NCBI RefSeq assembly: GCF_009914755.1
Contig: NC_060929.1
Source of the DNA: the human T2T-CHM13v2.0 reference genome, Homo sapiens
Length of the DNA: 64,000 bases
Direction: 5' to 3' (one strand)
The translations under genes were made by a program, and so were the position numbers. The first letter of the stretch is position 1; each line of letters opens with the position of its first letter. Below, piece after piece: positions 30,179 to 42,664 of the stretch. The notes beneath the pieces were generated by a model, which did not search any database, was not told the origin of the DNA, and saw nothing but the letters and a program-made list of their open reading frames with translations.

Positions 30179-31723
30179 ACAAAACACTAGTTTATTCTTA
30201 AGATGATCATCGGAAAGGTTTAAATGCATTTTACAAATTCTGTATAACTAAAGCTCCCACCATTTCTGTAAAAAGTTACATTTAGATGAGTAGAAGCTAT
30301 TCTACTATCAGCTACTGAAGAGATAAGTAGAAAGATATTGTTGCCTAGTGGCATACAATGCAGGCTTATTTTTTGTGTGTGTGAAAGATTACTCTGAAAG
30401 AGCATGAGGAATATGCCTAATTTTCTCTCAACTTTCCAGTATATAATCCCGATCACACTTATTTAAAGTCATTCGTGACTTTAAATTGCATTTTCATAAT
30501 TTACCAAATTTTAGCTACTACTACTTTAAGAATTTCTGTCTTGAAAAAACTTAAGATTCAACATGGGAAAAAGAAAAAAGGAAAACATACCTAAGATACT
30601 AGGTTTTAGAACAACTATGTACTACTACAAGTATCTTTTATAGCTGTATAATCTACAAGTATAAGGATGAAAAGATACTAAAAATAGATACCAATCCTAG
30701 GGTTTTCAATTTTTTCAAGGTAGGGAACTGTATTATTTCACTTTTGAAATCAGATGTACATATATTAGAAAAATCAATTAAATTGACATAATTATATAAA
30801 GCTGTAATTTTATGAGATAAAATCTTATTTAAGAGCTTTACAAAAAAACATGCAATAAAGTAACACGGAACCCAGGAATCAGTGACTTCACTTAACTCCC
30901 ACAGCCCCAAACTTCTCAACAAAGAACGTTCTACCCACTAGTACAGAGATTAAAAAAATGAAATAAAGTATCTTGAAGAAATAGAGTATCTTGAGGACAT
31001 ACTAAGACTTTTTCTTATTTAGAGCCTTAAACATACAATATTCTTTTACTGATAAATTTGGTAAGAGTCCTCCTAAATATTGGTGGTGGTAGTGCAGACA
31101 ACCATAGAACCACAAGACCAAGGGTAAAGAAGACTAATGTTTAAAAGGGCCCGGTCAAAGGAAGACAAAGCCTATACTTGTCATGAAAAAGGGATATTAA
31201 CAATTCAAAAGGGAAAAACCCATAAAACTGGAGATTTCAATTTATGCTTGGAGTTTAGAAATTACAGCCAATTCATTTTCTGACTCAACTAGAGCTTTTT
31301 GTATTAGGCAAGTTAAACATAAAAAAAACAAGGACTACTTAGATTTTACAAATGAAAAGTGATGGAAAACAAACGTATAAAATTTGCATTCATAATAATA
31401 TATTTATGATATACTTCTGATCACAGCAAACCAATTAAAAAACAAAAATTAAAGGCATCCCTTCTCTCATGCAGTTGACAACAAAAGTCTCCCCATATCT
31501 TTAGCTTCTGTGATCTCTACTAGAAAAAAAATTTAGAATAAACTGTACATAAATCATACTTACATAGAAGTATTAACAATAAATGCTATCTTTTAAGTTT
31601 TAACTGGCCACAAATTATCAATTAGGTTTTTCTGAAACAGGAGTTTACTATCATTTGCATTAGGATAATACCAATCAAGTATTGAGTTAATAAGAATACA
31701 CTTAAATTTGGTGCAAATTTAAT

Positions 31724-31783
31724 TTTATTAAACCTTACAATGAATGTTGTGGCATATGATTTTCCATTGTGTGACAATTTATT
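31724..31783 (-). terminator. FEM1C: FEM1C polyadenylation signals (two AATAAA hexamers)
   Basis: tttatt at 31724-31729 and 31778-31783, with a U-rich tract upstream in the mRNA (31878-31909). Confidence 0.65.
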
Positions 31784-33728
31784 AGCTGGCATCCGAATAC
31801 AGTACTTCTTTTGAAAAAATACACAATGGGAACTGACAAAAGGGAGAGAAACTAGTTGTTTAGTGACACATAAGGGCAAAAAAAAAAAAAAGAAAAAGAA
31901 AAAAAGAAAATGATGATGACCAATTAGTTTGTTTCCTTAGTATCTAACTCTAAAATGGTTAAAGTTCTAGGCAATAATGCTGCTGTTACAGTGTAAAAGA
32001 GTATGTCATTATCTCATCCAGCCTGCACAATTCTAAGAAAATTAATTACAAAAATTATCATACCTGTAAATTCAGCCTAAGGTTTCTGTTGGGCAATATG
32101 ATTTTTAAAGAGCTACTTTTCCCATATAACCTAAACAATTTTCCCAAATAATAGTAGACTGGGGTCTCTATACACATTAAGGTAGTCACTTTACAAGTGA
32201 GCTATCACTTAACTTCAAATTCATAATGGGCACCAAATTATCTTTGATTTGGGTTTATGCCTGTCAGATTTATGAATAAGAAAAATGACTATTTTTAAGT
32301 CTATAATCCATTTGTCTTTATAAAGTAGACTGGCATCTAAGTAAAATGACCATTTCTTTTATAGAAATGATCAAAACAGTGGAACATCTAAAATTCAGGA
32401 GGCCCCAAAAGGGCATTTTCATAGAAATGTTAATAACTTACACATTAACTCCAGTCAATAACACCGTGCTACAGTGTACAGTTTAGTTAGACTCAAGAGT
32501 GTAATTGGTTCATTATTAAATTTACTCATCTGTGGTTCAAAAAATAACACAAATTTAAGTATTTTATTATAATCCATCTCATAATTGTGAGAATACTTTC
32601 TGACAAAGGCTTTATCAGTGTCACATTTATGAAACAATTTTCCCTAAAAGAAAATAAAATCAGGGACAATTTTGAGCTATTAAATTAACTGGTTTTTCAA
32701 AACCTCCCAATGGCATTTGTGGAGATGGCAGAGAAGGGAGAAATGTATTCTAAGTGAAATAAGTCATTTCAGTTATCAAGACTGAGTTCTAAGTTATCTA
32801 TTTTTACTGGTGCAAAAATGCTATTTAAAGAAATCCTTACTTTACACAGGAGTTGCACAATTCAAATTCTGCTGCAAAACAGTGAGATGTGCCTCACTAT
32901 AAGAGCATGTAAGCCCTCCCACCCAGCCCCCAAAGAGGAGGAGGAAATACTAAATCAATTAAAAATTCAATTGTCATCTGTTATCCTCAAATTATCGAGA
33001 TCAACTAATGTAATTTACTATAATGGCAAAGTTTTCCTTTATAAAAATAATAGCTTATTCATATATAATTCTTATACCACAAAGTTAGAGGCAGATGATT
33101 TCAAGATACTGACATTTGATATTTCTAGAATATTGGTCTAAATCATAAAGTATTCTTAATATATGTGACAGTTCAAATATTTCATCAAATTTTCCCACAG
33201 TGAGAGATAGTAAAACCTCTTCATCAAAAAGTTGGAGATCGTTCATTTATATCCAATTTACCTTTTCTTAATGGTGAAATCAAATTTACAACCTAGCAAA
33301 TGAGTAAGAATATCTTTTAAAAATTAAATCTCAATTATTTAACCAAAAAGTCTAATGTTCTCTTGTTTATTTACTACTCCTCATTACAAGGTTTTTACTG
33401 ACTAAAGATGATGACATACCTAATGTGACTGTTTGCATTGATGACTCCTTAAATAGTGTAACATCAACCCTCAGAATAAAATGTCAACACAAAAATCCAA
33501 GTGAGTGATCCAGCTCATTGAACTCACAGGTAAACTGATTTTTTCTCAAATCAATAAGGAGCTTTTTATTGAGAACAACTTCATTAAGACATTTGCAGGG
33601 CAAATATGCCATCATAAATTTTATTCTGAATTACAATAAAGTGCTGAATGATAATTACCTGAATCTTTTTTAGTACTTTTCACTTATCTTAAGTTAAAAG
33701 AGCCCTTTCTGTGGCATTAGCAAATCTG

Positions 33729-33817
33729 TGAGTGAGTGAGTGAGAGAGAGAGAGAGAGAGAAAGAGAAAGAGAAAGAAAGAGTGAGAGAAAGAAAGGAAG
33801 AAAGAGAAAAGAAAAAG
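33729..33817. repeat. Compound (GAGT)n(GA)n(GAAA)n purine microsatellite inside the FEM1C 3'UTR
   Basis: Directly visible; a CU-rich tract in the mRNA. Confidence 0.9.
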
Positions 33818-35106
33818 CTAACTTCCAGTAAGGGAACAGGAAGCACTGCAACCTTTCATGTTTAACTGGGGTGACAAATAATTGAGACCAAAGTAATCAA
33901 AGTAATTCATGCAAGTTATCTTTAAAGGTATACATAAGCTTGAAGAAAGAAAGAACACTGTTACTGACCTTTGATATTATGGCAGTAAATTGCATACTAA
34001 AATACCTTAATTATCCTAGATGCCTAGATCTGGCTTGGCAAGCATCATGCCACTGACATGCTTTAGCTCTTTTTGTAACTAAAAGTGATTTGCAGTTCAA
34101 TTACTGAGTATTTCAATGTGACTCATTAAGCTGTGTGATGAACTTTGAAGTTAAATTTAAGCAAATTCTCTACACCTAATCACACCATCAGCACAAGCAG
34201 GACAATGCTGGAGCAGCATGAAAGGTGGGTCACTTTAAAAAGATTCTTCCTTTTACTGCATGATATATTAAGATGACAGACCTAAATTTCAACTGGGTTA
34301 ATGAGTTAGAATAGATCTGTTTCCCAAATTTAGCACACAATAATTTCAGTGGATTAGAGAAAGAAACCTCAGATGTGAAGAAAGTGAAGAAAAAAACAAA
34401 CAAAAAAGCTTGAGCTATAATAGCTAACCTGCAGCTCTAAAAATTGTCATGCTACAGAGTACTTTCAAAAAATTAAGTTTGTAACAAACATAAGAAAACA
34501 GTGTTTTGAGTTGAAGTTGACCAACTGCTGCATAGAAAATATGCTAACATACAACAGTCAAGTTTAAGCCTGTGCATAGAGAAGATAAAGCACTTATGGT
34601 AACTGCAAATGGTAACGAGTCCTTAAGGTTTGTACAACCTAGTATGGGTCCATAAGGAAAAAACTGTAGTAGAAATGGTTAGGACAAACAATAAAGTAGA
34701 AACAGGGGGGAAACTTGAGAAGAGAAGAAAGAAGCAAGAAAAAAAGACTTTCAATTGTATAAAATTCACAAACCAGTAAAGTATAAAGACACCATGGAGA
34801 AATGGTTAACTCTGCCCCAAACACCCAACAGCAAACAAAACCAGAATGAATAAGCCTTTGGCAGACAATTTTAGAAATTTGAATGTTACATTTCTCAATA
34901 ATTCACAAACAATATATTATATGGTATATTTATATTAAATATTGGGAAACCAATGTTGTAAATTTGATGCTTATAATGCTTTAGCCAATGAGAGCACAAT
35001 GATATCAATCAAGCTAAATGAATGCTGGTGTTATCACAACAGTGCTCATTTATGAAACAACTGTTACCAATTCGTGCTTTAACAGTGCTAAAATACAGTC
35101 AAGTTA

Positions 35107-36416
35107 TCATCTATGAAGGGAAACAAAAGTCTCTAGCTTTTCTGGGATATGCCCTTTATAATATATTCTATGATTCACTATGACACGAGCAGCAAGACAC
35201 TGCAATGTGGTATGATTTATAGGCTGGATTAAATTTTTAGCTATTTCCTTCTCATCCAGCAAGTCACTAGCAGTTTGTTTGTGCAAGTTTGTGGCATCAA
35301 AATGTGCACCTGATTTAATAAGGAGATTCATGATGTCTGGATGGTTGTTAAGAGCAGCGATATGCAGGGGACTGTTGTCATCCGAGTCTCTGACGTTCAC
35401 ATCAGCACCACATTCTATCAGTATTGCAGTAACTTGTAGAGATGGAAATTTACAAACAGGGTACCGCCCTACACATGTAGTATTCTTGTCCACAGCCAGA
35501 TGAAGAGGGCTGAAGTTATTCTTTCCCCTTGGATGCAGCTTAAGAAACCTGTATATAGTCTGCTTTTTGAAATGGTCTTGTTCTAGAGTACAAGGAACTT
35601 TCTCTAACAAGCAAATTAAGTGCAAAATAATAGAAAGGGCCTTATTTAACTGTAATGGGTCAGCTGGACACTGAGTTTGTTTGATAGCTCGCTCTATTTC
35701 AAGGACGCTTTTGCAAAGTATGCCCATAAGATCATCAAATGTAACAGTAGTACCCAGCAGGCCTTTAGCCCTATCCTGTAGCATAAAGGAGAATAGTTCT
35801 GCAAAAGATAATAAGCTGCTGGCGGTCATTGGGCTTAAAGGATCCAAATTGCTCTGCTGCATATCCAAAGCATACTTCCATAGGTTGATGCATCGTTTGA
35901 AATTTCCAGAGTCTGCATAGACAGCGCCTCTATATCTAATATAGTAAGAGGTATCAGGATGAGAAGGACCAAGAATACGTTCTCTGATTAATAGTGCCTG
36001 CATTCTCATCTCATCAGGATCAGCAATAAGACCTTCTAGCTCTTCTGCACTGTTCACTTCCTTGGCATAATCATAAGCCATTATTAGTGTCTGTGGCACT
36101 GGTTTACTAATAATATTAGTCCTATCACTGTACCTCATGTTCATTGCCTTTTTCCAGTATTTCAAAGCCCCAAGCAGATCTCTTTTTTTGTCTACAAATG
36201 TAGCTCCCAGAAGCTCTAGAGCATTAATACGTTCTGTCTTGCTGGTCTGTGCATGGTGTGTCAGAAAATCCACAATATTTGTGTGACCAGTCACACTTGC
36301 TGAGAGAAGGGGAGTCATTCCATAACCATCCTTTTCCATCTTGGCACAATACATAAGAAGCATCTTCATGATGTCCAAACTTCCAGATTCTGCACAATCA
36401 TGCAATGCAGTATTAC
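35107..36416 (-). CDS. FEM1C: FEM1C coding exon (exon 3): ankyrin/TPR region, C-terminal ankyrins and VHL-box (TLQCLAARVI...KLETFV)
   Basis: Acceptor is a polypyrimidine tract plus TAAG|GT at 36417/36416; the split codon G+GT = Gly gives ...KSVKG-NTALHDCAESGSL. 544+1310 = 1854 nt = 617 aa plus stop. TGA at 35109-35107 is followed immediately by TAA. Confidence 0.97.
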
Positions 36417-36827
36417 CTTAAAGAGAGAGAGAAAAAAAGAAATAACATACATTGAGGGACCAAAATATAATGTAATATATATATGCACTTTAGAACCTAA
36501 AGAAAAGCAGGAAGCTTTAAGTTCCTAAGTAGGACATACTTGGTTTACAAACGAGAAAAAAAAATTCCCCCAGTACCTAAAACTAGTATCTGATATTAAA
36601 CTTATTGAATAAATGACATGACCAAATTAGGTGTAAAAAGACATCCAAAGTCACCAGAAGAAATTCAAACTAATCCATGGTCTCTTCGTATTTTTCATTA
36701 ATGTTTTAAAGTGCATATTTTATTATCTAAAAATCGGTAGAATACAAATAACCAGCTATTCACCATTTTACTGACAAGTCACTTAACTTCCAGGTCAGTT
36801 TCCACATTTATAAACAAGGAATTGGTC

Positions 36828-36959
36828 TTTTTTTTTTTCTTTAGAGACCAGGTCTTGCTATGTTGCCCAGGCTGGTTTTAAACTCCTGGGCTCAAGCAAT
36901 GCTCCTGCCTTAGTCTCCCAAAGTGCTGGGATTGCAGGTGTGAGCCACAATGCCTGGCC
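36828..36959 (-). mobile_element. FLAM_C Alu monomer
   Basis: Poly-T plus ggtcttgctatgttgcccaggctgg...cccaaagtgctgggatt. Confidence 0.85.
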
Positions 36960-37490
36960 AGACTGCTCTTTAATATATCTAAGATTCTTCATTTTGACTC
37001 TAATAGTAGTCAGAAATTATTTTTTCAATATTTATTTCTGATTGCCAAGTTGAATTTCAACTGTCTTAGCCAAAATTCTTGGTAACAAAGGACTTTCCCC
37101 AAAAAGCTCTCGTAAGAAAAACAAATCCATGGAATCTGAAAAATATGCGGGTGGTTCAATATGAACTTTAAAAGGAGATATCTGAAGTGTCCTTTCATAA
37201 TGGATTATTTCCTATTATAATTTAACTTTTTAAACATTCTTTATAGCTGTACTAAATGTTCTAACACTGTCCTTTTCTTCCCACACACAGATTAAAACTG
37301 ACAACAGGCACTGGCACATTAGTAAAAGCCTGTATGAAACACATTAAGACATCGGAAACACCAGGTATTTTAGCTAAGTTTAATGATAAACATTTTACTA
37401 ATCGTCAAAATAGGAATTATCATGCCGACCTCTGGTATTTACATACAATGTTTACATAAAATTTCAACAGTCAGTCATTTTAGGCATGTC

Positions 37491-38042
37491 TGTAGAAAAG
37501 AGGTAGCATGGCAGGCTGAGACTGCTATCCTTAGAAAGACCTTCTTGCAAGGTTGGACCTTTGGCTGGTAGCTGGGAACTTGGCTGGTAAATAGTTCTCT
37601 ATACTGATCTAAAACTTTCCCTAAATGATAAGGGTATCTCACTGTACCTAAACTGTATGTAGAAACAATGCAGTTTATGCTGAATGTCTGGTTTCCTTCT
37701 GGGAGTCTAAAATTTTGGGTATGAGCTAGGCACAGGGTACCTACATGACCAGCCCCCAGTAAAAACCTTGAGCACTGGGTCTGTCATGGGTTTTCCTTGG
37801 TAGAAACATGACACATATGTATTTACATTACTGGGGAAGAATATGCTCTATGTGACCCCTCACAAGAGGAACAAAGCATAAAAACATCTACACAAAGATT
37901 TCTCTACACTTCACCTGCGGCTTTACCCCTCATAATTCAGCTGCATGTCCTTATGACATTACAGTAATAAATCTTACCTATGAGTACAGTTATATGGTGA
38001 GTTACTTCCAAATTTGGGGGTGGCTTTGGGGATGCTCAACAT
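37491..38042 (+). mobile_element. MER21-type solo LTR in FEM1C intron 2
   Basis: tgtagaaaagaggtagcatggcaggctgagactgctatccttagaaag...catgaccagcccccagtaaaaacc...aataaa; TG...CA ends. Confidence 0.7.
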
Positions 38043-38519
38043 AGCATGTGTACCAGAAAGTATTTTAAACCTGAATACTTCAAATAAATCTACTTTGTAA
38101 CTAAAGTTAGAAAAAAACAAGTTATTATAAGAAATATTGAATCTTTCCACAAGTTTATCCTGTTTCGTCTTCTATGATATCTACAAGGACTATATAATTA
38201 TTCTGACCCAAGATTTCAATGGTCTACAATGAAATAGTGTTTGATAAAATGTTTTAACAATGAGTAAGCTAACCAAGCACTGAAAGAGCCCAGAACTTCT
38301 GACTATCGATGTTCATTTGTTTAAAATAATTTCAATTAAACATGACTACTACACCAAGTATATTTTAAACACTCTTTTGTATTAAGGACCTCTACTATTC
38401 CCCATGTTTTTCTAAGAAATAGGCAATATAAGAGAAATCTGAATATAAAGAAATGGCTTAGATGGCACTTTTCTCTATTCAGAGTAGCACAAAATCAAGA
38501 ATAAAATGTAGCAAAAGCT

Positions 38520-38846
<327 letters not shown>

Positions 38847-38944
38847 CTATTTCTGTATTTATCGAAAAAATACAAAATATATTTATTTTGAATACACCCA
38901 CATACCAGGAGAAAAAAAGTAGCTTTAAAAAAACAAACAATAAG

Positions 38945-41770
38945 GAAGACTTTCACATCCAGTAATGGCAGAGATACCTGTAACATGATCACCCTCCCAC
39001 TAACAACTAAAAAAACTGAAAAATTTATTTTTAAAAATCTGCTTGACAGGATTTAAGACATAACAAGGGGACAATATGCAGGAGAAGAAAAAACTAGAGA
39101 GGTCAAGTCCAGAATTTGAGGCAGCTTTCCCACAGTGGCCTCCACCAATTCTGGAAGAGCTAGCTGAAACACTGAGCAGAACTAGTGACAGCCTTGCAGG
39201 GATAGAGGGGAAAAGTGGAGCCTACAGCCTACTAAGAAAGGAACTTAGAAAATTCCCCACACTTTGGGTTAAACCTCCAACTTTAACCCTAGGGAGTTAA
39301 AGTTAACTGCAAATAGACTAGCTATCGCAAAAACTTAAATCGAATTTAAGATCATCTCATTATTGATTTGAAATAATCCAGGATGACTAGTATACAGAAT
39401 TAAAAGCCAGAAGCAAATATAAATACTATTTAGAGGAAGATATTATCATATTAGGGTTCAAATTATTTATATTTTTCATATGTAATGCTTGGTATCCAAT
39501 CAAAAATAATGAAAAGAAAATGAGGAACCATAACACAAAAAACAATGGAAATAAAGAGCTGACAGAAAAGCCCAACAGGAGACCCAGATAATGCAGTTTA
39601 TCAACACAGATTTTCAAATAATAACTATGCTTAGCATATTCGAGGAGTTTTTTAAAATTGAGAATTCAACAGAAAACTGGAAACTAATCAAGTAGACATT
39701 CTAGAACTGAAAAACTCGGTGAGTGGCTTTAAAAGTGGATTTACACACAGCTGAATAGAGAATTAGTAACTGGAAGGTAAATACGATGAAAATATACAGA
39801 AAGAAGCAGGGAGTGGTAAAAGAACAGAAAAGATGGAGACTATAAGAGAAAGAGGGAACAACGTCAGAATATTGTTAACATACTCAAAACCAGAATTCTA
39901 GAGCAAAAAAATGGGTCCCAAAGCAATATTTAAGAAAAGATAAAGTCCAAGAATTTTCAGAAGCTGATGAAAGCTTAAACTGCAAATGCAGTAGGTTTTA
40001 CAAACTCCAAGAAGGACAAATAAAAAGAAAAACACATTGACATACAACACAGCAAAACTGCTGAAAACTAAGGACAAAGAGAAAAATCTTAAAACAAGAG
40101 AATGAATGGAAGTTACCTATAAAAGAGCAACAATCTGACAGCAAAGTTTTCATCAGGAACAACAGAAACTAGGAGACAGTAAATGATATTTAAAAGCACG
40201 AAAGAAAAGTAACTGCCAACTTAGAAAAAATTCTATACCCATATCAAGAATAAATGTCAAATAAAGAACCCTTTCAGGAATAAAGAAATGAAAAGGAAAA
40301 AATTAAGATATTTATTACCAGCAGATCTAAATACTATATGGTGTTCTTTAGGCAGAAGGAAGATGAGCCACGTGGAAGCCTGGAGATATAGGCAAAAACA
40401 TCAACAAAAAGGGTAAATTTGTGAGTACATCTAAATAAATACTGATTTTAAAAATAATATCTTGTAGGGCTTGAAATACATACATAGAAATAAAACACTT
40501 GACAGCAATACCACGAAATTATGGAGGGTAATTGGTGTTAACGTGTTCTAAGATCTCTTTCTTGTAAAGACATAAAATTAGAAATTTATGTTAGCCTTTG
40601 ATAAGTCAAAGTAATGCTATCTAGAATAACTACTAAAATAATAGAGGGTATGCACATAACTACATTTTCTCTAACATATAGAAAAAAATGAAATAATAAT
40701 CCAAAAGTGGCAAAAAAGAAGACCAAGGAACACAAAACAGGCAGGACAAATAAAAATCAGAAAAGTACCCAGGAGATGAAAATCCAAAAATATCAGTAAT
40801 TACATTAAATGTAAGTAAACTAAATGTTTAATTTAAACATTTAAAAGACAGAAACTGTCAGACTGAAGATACAAAGAAAAGACAAAAACTTAAAAGACAA
40901 AAACTGTCAGACTGAAGATACAAAGAAAACTCAAGACACACTGCCTACAAGACACACCTTAAATATATGGGTAGAAAATGATCTTTAGAAGTGAAAGTTT
41001 GGGAAAAAAATGCCCTTTGCAAAAACTAAATATTAAGAAGCTGTCTGATATTAAAATATGAAAGTAGACTTTAATGCAAAATACATAATTAGTGAAAAAA
41101 GGAAATATTTTATAATGTTAAAAAATTCAAAATATACAGATATAATAATTTTAAACTTGTTTTCACCTAATAACATAGAATTAAGTTACGTAAAGTAAAA
41201 ATCGACAGAACTACTAGGAAAGCAAACAAATCTGCAAACATTAGTACATCTAAACATATCTTTCTCAGTTTAGAAGACCAAAACCAGTAAGGATAAAGAT
41301 TTGAACATTACAAACTTGATTTAACTGGCATAAATAAAAGAACATGGCACTCAACAACCATAGAAAACAATTTTGCCCCCAGGGATACAGGGAGCATATC
41401 CAAATACTGACCATATTCTTGGCCGTAAGGCAAGTCTCAACAAATGTCAAGGGACTGAAGTCACTGAGTATGTTCTAAGTCCACTTATGAATGAAGTCAG
41501 ATATCCAAAACAAAAAGATAACTAGAAAAACCTGTCTATTTGAATTTTTAATACTCACTTGCTTCGTCGGTCAAAGAAGCAAGCCCAATGAAAATCAGAA
41601 AATTTTTTTAACTGGGTGATCATAAAAAGCACTAAATAATAAATTAGATAAAAAGAAAGGCTTATTTTTTAAATAGCTAAGTTTCCATCTAAAGAAGTTA
41701 CAAGAAAAAACAGTAAATTAAATTAGAGAAAGTAGAAGCAAACAGTAAAAAAAAAAAATTAATGAAAAAA
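38945..41770 (+). mobile_element. Ancient L1M 5'UTR-ORF1-start of ORF2 relic (antisense to FEM1C)
   Basis: ORF1-like aactgccaacttag; ORF2 endonuclease-like tatcagtaattacattaaatgtaa, aagtagactttaatgcaaaa, gaccatattcttggccgtaaggcaagtctcaacaaat. Confidence 0.75.
40841..40929. repeat. 40-bp direct duplication with 9-nt spacer
   Basis: ttaaaagaca(g/a)aaactgtcagactgaagatacaaagaaaa at 40841 and 40890. Confidence 0.92.
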
Positions 41771-42344
41771 GGGATACGTATGCGAATACAGCATTTTTTT
41801 ATATTCCCACATTTTATTTAACTGTTGCCCCCTTTTAATCTTATATTAATAACTTTGCAAGGTAGAGATGATAAACTCATTCTACATACAAATAGAAAAG
41901 AGAATTTAGTGGGAAAACATAAACTCCTGTCTCCCAACTGCCAATTCAGTGTACTACTCATTTCTAAGGTCATATTTTAAATGCCAGTCATATTAAACCT
42001 CAATGAATAAATTATATCTAATATAAAACCAAACCTCATAATAGAACTTCAACCAATCACATCACTTTCCAACTCAAAAAACTTTCACAATTTCTCTAAG
42101 GAAAAGCAGACAATCTTTGAGATGGCCTTCAAAATTCTACATCATTGATTCTCAAAGCACTATCTGTGTGGAGAGAGCAATGAGGAAGAAATCTATAGTT
42201 TCAGAAAACATTATGTGCAGTAAAGTTTAATATTGGATATTCAAGGATACGTATTTTAAAAGACTAACAAATATTTCCCTACCCTATCTCTTTAGCTTCA
42301 TTTCTCATTATCTCTGGAATGAATGATTCACTGTGCATCTAACT

Positions 42345-42664
42345 CAGGGACTGGCAAACTTTTCCGGTAAAAGGCCAGGTAGCATTTTAGGTTTCTAGAC
42401 TATAAGGTCTCTGTTGTAACCACTAAACTCCGCCAAGTACCATGAAATATGCTATGGTAGTATGTTAAATTAATGGATATGGCTGTTTCCCAACAAAACT
42501 TTTACTTTTGTACTCTAAAATTTGATTTTCATGTGTCATAAAATATTTTTCATTTGATTTCTTTCTCAACCATTACAAAAATGTAAAAACCTTTCTTAGC
42601 TCTCAGGCAGTACTGAAATGGGGTGGGCTGGATTTGAACCCTGGGCCATAGTTTGCCAAACCTG
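42345..42664. mobile_element. MER58B-type hAT MITE
   Basis: TIRs cagggactggcaaact...agtttgccaaacctg; 8-bp TSD-like atctaact / ctctaacc. Confidence 0.8.

Larger units (their letters stand above)
31710..35106 (-). other. FEM1C: FEM1C 3'UTR (~3.4 kb, AT-rich, no recognisable transposons)
   Basis: Runs from the stop codon to paired AATAAA signals (plus-strand tttatt at 31778-31783 and 31724-31729). Confidence 0.75.

Noticed and set aside
35279-35920. Antisense ORFs over FEM1C exon 3 (also 54054-54353 over exon 2)
   Set aside because: Shadow ORFs on the opposite strand of coding sequence.
35107-36405. 432-aa ORF as a standalone gene starting at 36405
   Set aside because: The start is a TTG within FEM1C exon 3; the real boundary is the splice acceptor at 36416.
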